Shown: one piece after another, positions 59,116 through 64,000 of the stretch
Position numbering within the stretch: position 1 is the first letter of the stretch
Layout: each line of letters begins with the position of its first letter
NCBI GenBank assembly: GCA_903912445.1
Contig: CAIWHP010000084.1
Location: 3,621 to 67,620, forward strand
Length of the DNA: 64,000 bases
Source: an uncultured Lentisphaerota bacterium
Lineage (GTDB): Bacteria > Verrucomicrobiota > Kiritimatiellia > CAIQIC01
Direction: 5' to 3'
Program-made: the position numbers and the translations under genes
Notes under the pieces: model-generated
Told to the model about the DNA's origin: nothing
What the model saw: the letters and a program-made list of their open reading frames with translations, nothing else
The model's database searches: none

Positions 59116-62100
59116 TTTTCCTGTAAAAGGGTGACGGGCCCGAGCAGCCCGGCGGGCTGGGGCAGCGGCGTGGCCTTCCGCTTGTGCGATTCCTTGATGC
59201 GGATGTTCGTCTTCGTCAGGCGCTGGTCGTCCGGCAGGGCTTCGTCGGCCAGCACGCGGTTCCACCAGCCGTTGACCACGTCGATTTCGAGCGCGTTGCC
59301 TGTGGGCTTGACCGCGCCGGTGATCTCGACCTGAAACGGCGCCGCCCAGACGACGCCGAGGTTCTGCCCGTTCAGCCGGACCTCGGCGATGAAGCCGAGA
59401 CTGCCGAGGTTGAGGAAGAGCGGGTTGGATGGTGGATGGTGGATGGCGGATGGCAGGTCGAACGTTTTCCGATACGTCGCCGTGCCGCTGTAGGCCTTGA
59501 GGCCCGGTTCGGGGCGCTCGGTCCAGCTGACGAGCTGCGCGAACTCGGCCGCGGCCGGCGCGCCCCACTTGGCGTCGAACGTCACATGCCAGGCGCCGGT
59601 GAGCTCGCCGACCTGCGTCAGCGTCGGGAAATTATTACCGTTGCCGTTGGTTGTGGCGGGCTTCTGGAAGATCACGAACTGCGAGCCATAGGCCGGCAGC
59701 TCCAACGGCACGGTCGTGCGCCCGTCGGCCTGTGTGAAGGCGGCGGCGTCGCGGCGCGCGCCGGTCACGGCGTCCCACAGCTCCGGCTGCTTGCCGCTGA
59801 CGCGGAAGGTGGCGGCAATTTTCTGCGCTTCGGCTTCCTGGTTGCTGATGAAATAAATGTCGACACCCCCATCGCAGCGATGAATCCAATCCATCCTTGG
59901 ATGTTCGATGTTGGATGTTCGGTGTTCGATGTTCAATTCCACGTCCGGCTTGACCGAGAGCGCGGCGAGCGCCGCCTTCGCGGACACCGGCTTGATGCGG
60001 CCGCTGTCCCAGAGTTCGTCGGCGATCTGCTTCAACTCGGCGTCGCCCTGCCGTCCGGTGGTGCGCTCCGGCTTCGGACCGATGACGACCGCGCCGGCGA
60101 GCACCAGTTCGCGGATTTTTCGCGCGGCGGCGAGTGACATGGTCTTGACGCTCGGCAGCGCGAGCACGCGGTAGCTCATGCCGTCGGGCAACACGAGGCG
60201 CCCGTCCTTGACGCTCATGCGCGTCAGCAGCACTTCCTCGTTGCAGACGTCGTAGTCGTATTCCGGCAGCACCTTGGCGGGATCATCCTTTTTCAGGCGG
60301 ACAAAATTCGGGACGTGGTCGCCGTAGTAGAAGCAAACGTCGCCGACGAACCTGCCGCGCTGGAGCAGGAACTGGCTGCGGTCGAGGTACGAGATGAACG
60401 CGTGCGCCTGTTTCGCCCAGGTGATCTGCGGATTGAAATGCGTACCGGCGAAATACTCCTGACCTGGCAGCCCCATTTCCGGCGGCGAACAGGTGAACGC
60501 GTGCCAGAAGACCAGGTTCAGCCCGGCGCACGCCTCGTGGTCAAAGCTCGGCTTCTGCGAGCACCACAGCAGATCGTTCCACTGCGGACCGATCGAGGTG
60601 AAGCCCTCGGCGCAGGCGATCTGTTTGCCGTAAATGTGCGCGGCGGAGGAAGCCTGCTTGACGAAGAAGCGCTGCTCGTCGGCTGGCCGGTGCGGCGAGG
60701 GCACCCAGAATTCGCTCATCGGCATCGAGTTCAGGCCGAAGTTTTGCAAGCCGTCGAGGCACGCGCAGTGCGGGCCGCCGGATTCCGGCTGGATGCCCAT
60801 GCCAACTTTTTGCGCATACTCCGCCATCAGCGCGTAGTGGTTGTCGTGTACGAGGTCGGCGATGGTGCGGCGGAAATCGTTGAGGAATTTGTTGCTCTCG
60901 CCACGGCTGCTGACGATCCGGCCGGCAATCACGGGCAGCCACGGCTGGATCGCGTAGCCGCGCCGCTTCGCAAATTCCGCGGCAAAGATCCTCGTCCAGT
61001 TGACGCCGCCGAGTTCCCAGCTATCGGACTGGAAATTCTTCAGCGTCTTGCCCGCGAGCGGCCCGGCGTCGGCCAAGAGCGGCGCGATCATCTGCTGCCA
61101 GTAGCCGCGGAACGCGTCGGCGTCGAGATAGTCGAGGACCATGCCCCGCCACTCGCCGCTCGCGGTCGAGACGCGCGCGCCGTTGAGTGTGTAGCCGAAG
61201 CGCAACACCTGCCAGTTGCCCGCGGGCACGTCCCAGTTCAATTTGCCGTCGGTGAATTTGTCCGTCAGGTCAAGCACGTCGGCTGCGGCCACGTCTTCCT
61301 CGCCGGGCGTCGCGGGCACGTCTTCGAGCAGCGGTGCGCAGTCGGTGGCGCTGCCGCCGAGTTCATGGAAGGCGGCCTTCTGCTGCAAATCCCGGATCGG
61401 CGCACGGCCGCGGCCGGTGAGCAGCGGCGCGCCCTTGGCGTCGAGGGGGACGATTTCTGCGATCTGCACGTTGCGCGGCGTCTTCGGCTCGCGCGGATCA
61501 TAGGCGCCGCGGATCAGCAGGCGGAAATCCGCCGCGGTCTGGGGCGCGAAATGAATTTCCGCGGGCTTTTTGTTCTCCACGGTGAAGGCCTGCACGGTCT
61601 TGAATTTCTTGCCGTCGTCGGAGACCTGCCACTCGCATTCGCGCGGGCCGTAGCCGGGCCGGCCGACCACGCGCACGCCGCCGAGCGTCACCGGCTGTGG
61701 GAACGCGAGCGCGACCCACTCGGGGTTTTTCGCGCTCGGACCCTGGCCGACCGTGCTGCCGTGGCTGACCCAGAACGTGGCCTCCGAGCCATCGAGCATC
61801 GCCGCCGTGTTGCCCTCCACCTGCGCGGAGCTGACGCTGAGCTGCGGCAGCGGCGTGCCCGCGCCTTCCTTCTGCCGATAGGCGAGGACGAACGTGTCGC
61901 GGTAAAAATCGTCGCGCGCCTTCGGCTGCGGCAGCGAGCCGGAAAATTTTTGCGGCCCCGCGAGGCGCGCCTCCGCGAAGGCGATGCGCTTCGCCGACTC
62001 CTCCGGCTGCACGACCGGCCCGCCGAGATTCCAGCCGCTCTGGATGTTCAGGCTCACCTCAAGCCCGAGGCGATCGGCTTCCTTGAGCGCGTGTTTGAAC

Positions 62101-62390
62101 AACTCGCGCCACTCGGGGCTGCCGAACAGTGGCCCCGCTGGTACCGGCACATGCCCGCCCTGCGTTGCGCCGCCCGCGTCGAAAATCAAACCGCCGCCCA
62201 TGCCGATGGACTGCATCCACTCGAGGTCGTGCGTGATCGCCTGCTTGGTGACGTTGCCGTTGAGCCACCACCAATAGGCGCGCGTCCGCGCCGCGAGCGG
62301 CGGCTGGTTCCAGCCGGTTTCCAGCTCGCCGGCGCCGACGGCCAACGTGAGCAAGGCACCGCACGCGAGGAGTAGAGATGAGGTATTCAT
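59112..62390 (-). CDS. Large secreted glycoside-hydrolase-like protein with F5/8 type C (discoidin) domain; family uncertain (GH106-like?)
   Basis: ATG 62390 (MNTSSLLLACGALLTLAVGA). Discoidin-like GSEATFWVSHGS...ECEWQVSDDGKKFKTV. About 1090 aa. Confidence 0.55.
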   Translation of the reverse strand: MNTSSLLLACGALLTLAVGAGELETGWNQPPLAARTRAYWWWLNGNVTKQAITHDLEWMQSIGMGGGLIFDAGGATQGGHVPVPAGPLFGSPEWRELFKHALKEADRLGLEVSLNIQSGWNLGGPVVQPEESAKRIAFAEARLAGPQKFSGSLPQPKARDDFYRDTFVLAYRQKEGAGTPLPQLSVSSAQVEGNTAAMLDGSEATFWVSHGSTVGQGPSAKNPEWVALAFPQPVTLGGVRVVGRPGYGPRECEWQVSDDGKKFKTVQAFTVENKKPAEIHFAPQTAADFRLLIRGAYDPREPKTPRNVQIAEIVPLDAKGAPLLTGRGRAPIRDLQQKAAFHELGGSATDCAPLLEDVPATPGEEDVAAADVLDLTDKFTDGKLNWDVPAGNWQVLRFGYTLNGARVSTASGEWRGMVLDYLDADAFRGYWQQMIAPLLADAGPLAGKTLKNFQSDSWELGGVNWTRIFAAEFAKRRGYAIQPWLPVIAGRIVSSRGESNKFLNDFRRTIADLVHDNHYALMAEYAQKVGMGIQPESGGPHCACLDGLQNFGLNSMPMSEFWVPSPHRPADEQRFFVKQASSAAHIYGKQIACAEGFTSIGPQWNDLLWCSQKPSFDHEACAGLNLVFWHAFTCSPPEMGLPGQEYFAGTHFNPQITWAKQAHAFISYLDRSQFLLQRGRFVGDVCFYYGDHVPNFVRLKKDDPAKVLPEYDYDVCNEEVLLTRMSVKDGRLVLPDGMSYRVLALPSVKTMSLAAARKIRELVLAGAVVIGPKPERTTGRQGDAELKQIADELWDSGRIKPVSAKAALAALSVKPDVELNIEHRTSNIEHPRMDWIHRCDGGVDIYFISNQEAEAQKIAATFRVSGKQPELWDAVTGARRDAAAFTQADGRTTVPLELPAYGSQFVIFQKPATTNGNGNNFPTLTQVGELTGAWHVTFDAKWGAPAAAEFAQLVSWTERPEPGLKAYSGTATYRKTFDLPSAIHHPPSNPLFLNLGSLGFIAEVRLNGQNLGVVWAAPFQVEITGAVKPTGNALEIDVVNGWWNRVLADEALPDDQRLTKTNIRIKESHKRKATPLPQPAGLLGPVTLLQEK

Positions 62391-62420
62391 GGCGCGCTTT
62401 ATAGGCGACCGCGTGCCGCT

Positions 62421-62435
62421 TTCCAAGCTTTGGAA
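62421..62435. repeat. Palindromic element R14 (1 clear copy, centre 62428; degenerate copy about 62460)
   Basis: ttccaagctttggaa, 31 bp upstream of the 62390 ATG. Confidence 0.7.
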
Positions 62436-62581
62436 ATCGGCGCCGGTGTTTTGTCCGGGGCTGGGAGGCGCTGAGGCGGGCAGGCCCCCGGCGCAGCGCA
62501 GCGGCCGGAGGGGGTATAAAAAACACCAAGACCGGAAGAAGTTGGTCCTTCCGGTCTTGGCAAACGTGGCGGGACGCCAGC

Positions 62582-62851
62582 TTACTTTGCGGCGACGGCG
62601 CGCACTTTGTTGGCGGCGCGGGTCTTGCGGCGCTGGGCGGTGTTGCTGGTGATGATGCCGCGCTTGGCCAGCTTGTCGAGCATGGAGCAATAGGCCTTGT
62701 ATTCGGCCGTGCCCATGACCTTGTCCTGCTTCTCCACCGCGGCAAACAGCTTGCTGCGCTGGGTCTTCAGGCTGCTCTTGGCGTTGACATTCCGGCTGTG
62801 CCGGCCGATCGCCTGACGAGCTCGTTTCGCTGCACCTTTGATATTTGGCAT
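62582..62851 (-). CDS. rpsT: 30S ribosomal protein S20
   Basis: MPNIKGAAKRARQ... basic 89-aa protein. Confidence 0.85.
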   Translation of the reverse strand: MPNIKGAAKRARQAIGRHSRNVNAKSSLKTQRSKLFAAVEKQDKVMGTAEYKAYCSMLDKLAKRGIITSNTAQRRKTRAANKVRAVAAK

Positions 62852-62986
62852 CGTGTACTCCTGCTGGTAAAAAAAAGCGGCGTCATGATACGGGCCGCGC
62901 CCCGAATGTCAACCGCTTTTCACGATTTTGCGCCAGCGGGTGCGCCCGTTTCCCCCAACTTTCGGCAGGATCGCGCAACAACCTTC

Positions 62987-63015
62987 TTGATTTGGGCGGC
63001 GGCAGGCTCTATTTT
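62987..63015 (+). promoter_or_regulatory. Sigma70-like promoter candidate TTGATT-N17-TATTTT
   Basis: Followed by AGGAGA (63031-63036) and the ATG at 63042. Confidence 0.35.
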
Positions 63016-63041
63016 CCGGCCGACCTTTTCAGGAGAACAGC

Positions 63042-64000
63042 ATGCCCAAAGAATTAGCTTTCGCGTTGATCAATCCGTACACGATCGCCAAGTCGCGCAC
63101 CGGCGGCGCGATCGGCCGGTTGATGAGCCGCACCGGGCTCGACCTGGTCGGGGCGCGCATGTTCGGCCCCAGCCGCGAGCTGGTCGAGCAGTATGCGACC
63201 AGCATCCGCAGCGACAAGGACCTCGACGTGGTCGAGCGGCAGCTGCTGAGCGACTACGTGCTCGGCGCCTACCTGCCCGACGTGCGCAGCGGCCGCCGTC
63301 GCCGCGTGCTGATGCTGCTCTTCGAGGGCGAGGACGCGGTGCAGAAGATCATCAAGGCCACCGGCCACATCGGCACCGGCCTCGATTCCGCCGAGACCGT
63401 CCGCGACACTTACGGCGACTACGTCCTCGACGAGCACGGCACGGTCCGCTATTTCGAACCGGCCGTGTTGATCGGGGCGAGCGCCGCGTCCGTCCAAGTC
63501 GCGCTCCAGCTGTGGTCGCAGCACTCGGCCAAGGATGGCGGCATCGTCGAGGAAGCGATGGATGTGCCGGGCGGCGAGACGTCGCAGAAGACGCTGGTGC
63601 TGATCAAGCCGGACAATTTCCGGTTCCCGAGTTCGCGGCCGGGCAACATCATCGACCTTTTCTCCGGCTCCGGCCTGCGCATCGTGGCCGCCAAGGTCCA
63701 CCGCATGAGCGTGGCGGAGGCCGAGCAGTTCTACGGGCCGGTGCAGCAGGTGCTGCGCGAGAAGTTGCAGGGCGTAGTCGCCGAGAAGGCCGCCAAGGCG
63801 CTGAACACCGAACTCGGCCTAGAGATTCCCGACGATATCAAGCGCACGCTCGGCGCGAGCCTCGGCCCGCTTTACGGCGACAACCAGTTCTTCCAGATCA
63901 TCCAGTTCATGACCGGCCAGATGCCGAACCACTGCCCCGCGGCGGAGAAGGCGCTGCCCGGCAAAGAGCGCTGCCTGGCGCTGATCTATGCCGGCCCGGG
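63042..64000 (+). CDS. Tandem nucleoside-diphosphate-kinase-like (NDK fold) domain protein, partial (runs off the window end)
   Basis: Two units resembling the NDK N-terminus (ALINPYTIAKSRTGGAIGRLMSR..., LVLIKPDNFRFPSSRPGNIIDLFSGSGLRIVAAK...); the canonical NxxHGSD motif is not intact. Confidence 0.45.
   Translation, partial: MPKELAFALINPYTIAKSRTGGAIGRLMSRTGLDLVGARMFGPSRELVEQYATSIRSDKDLDVVERQLLSDYVLGAYLPDVRSGRRRRVLMLLFEGEDAVQKIIKATGHIGTGLDSAETVRDTYGDYVLDEHGTVRYFEPAVLIGASAASVQVALQLWSQHSAKDGGIVEEAMDVPGGETSQKTLVLIKPDNFRFPSSRPGNIIDLFSGSGLRIVAAKVHRMSVAEAEQFYGPVQQVLREKLQGVVAEKAAKALNTELGLEIPDDIKRTLGASLGPLYGDNQFFQIIQFMTGQMPNHCPAAEKALPGKERCLALIYAGP

Overview
This 64-kb window is high-GC (about 65%) bacterial chromosomal DNA. 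Its gene content (sulfatases, LRR-ectodomain Ser/Thr kinase, FGE-domain fusions, many secreted CAZymes) suggests a PVC-superphylum organism, probably Verrucomicrobia; this is inference only. Genes are densely packed on both strands. The left two-thirds is a polysaccharide-degradation region (GH115-like, GH78-like, GH5, GH27+NPCBM, a large discoidin-domain glycosidase, a Cys-type sulfatase, S9 and M48 peptidases). It also holds a GntR-controlled five-gene sugar-catabolic operon with ATGA overlaps (oxidoreductase, ROK kinase, sugar-phosphate isomerase, DeoC). The middle (37.2-48.8 kb) is a glycoconjugate/glycolipid biosynthesis cluster: GT2, NodB deacetylase, UPF0104 flippase-like protein, a 750-aa protein ending in a complete GreA domain, GtrA, MalQ, GT4, an LpxC-like deacetylase and an MFS transporter. 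The right end carries gcvPA-gcvPB, an NHL-repeat lipoprotein, a GNAT, rpsT and a partial tandem NDK-like gene. Two observations stand out. (1) A previously unrecognised 19-bp palindromic element (consensus TTTTCCAAGGCTTGGAAAA) occurs at 14 loci as phased tandem arrays of 2-4 copies with a 31-32 bp period (34 clear copies), almost always 10-60 bp upstream of start codons on either strand. (2) A translationally coupled sulfatase / glycyl-radical-enzyme / activase operon in which the GRE carries an apparent twin-arginine (Tat) signal peptide. Other points: an in-frame TAA splitting the GH115-like gene, a decayed paralog of the M48 peptidase gene with its promoter, an IS91-like transposase remnant in a low-GC patch, an FGE-domain protein with CxxCH heme motifs but no catalytic cysteine pair, and several terminator and promoter candidates. 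No rRNA, tRNA or CRISPR was recognised. The many long antisense ORFs in the six-frame track are high-GC artefacts. Hand-counted coordinates of short motifs may be off by 1-2 nt.
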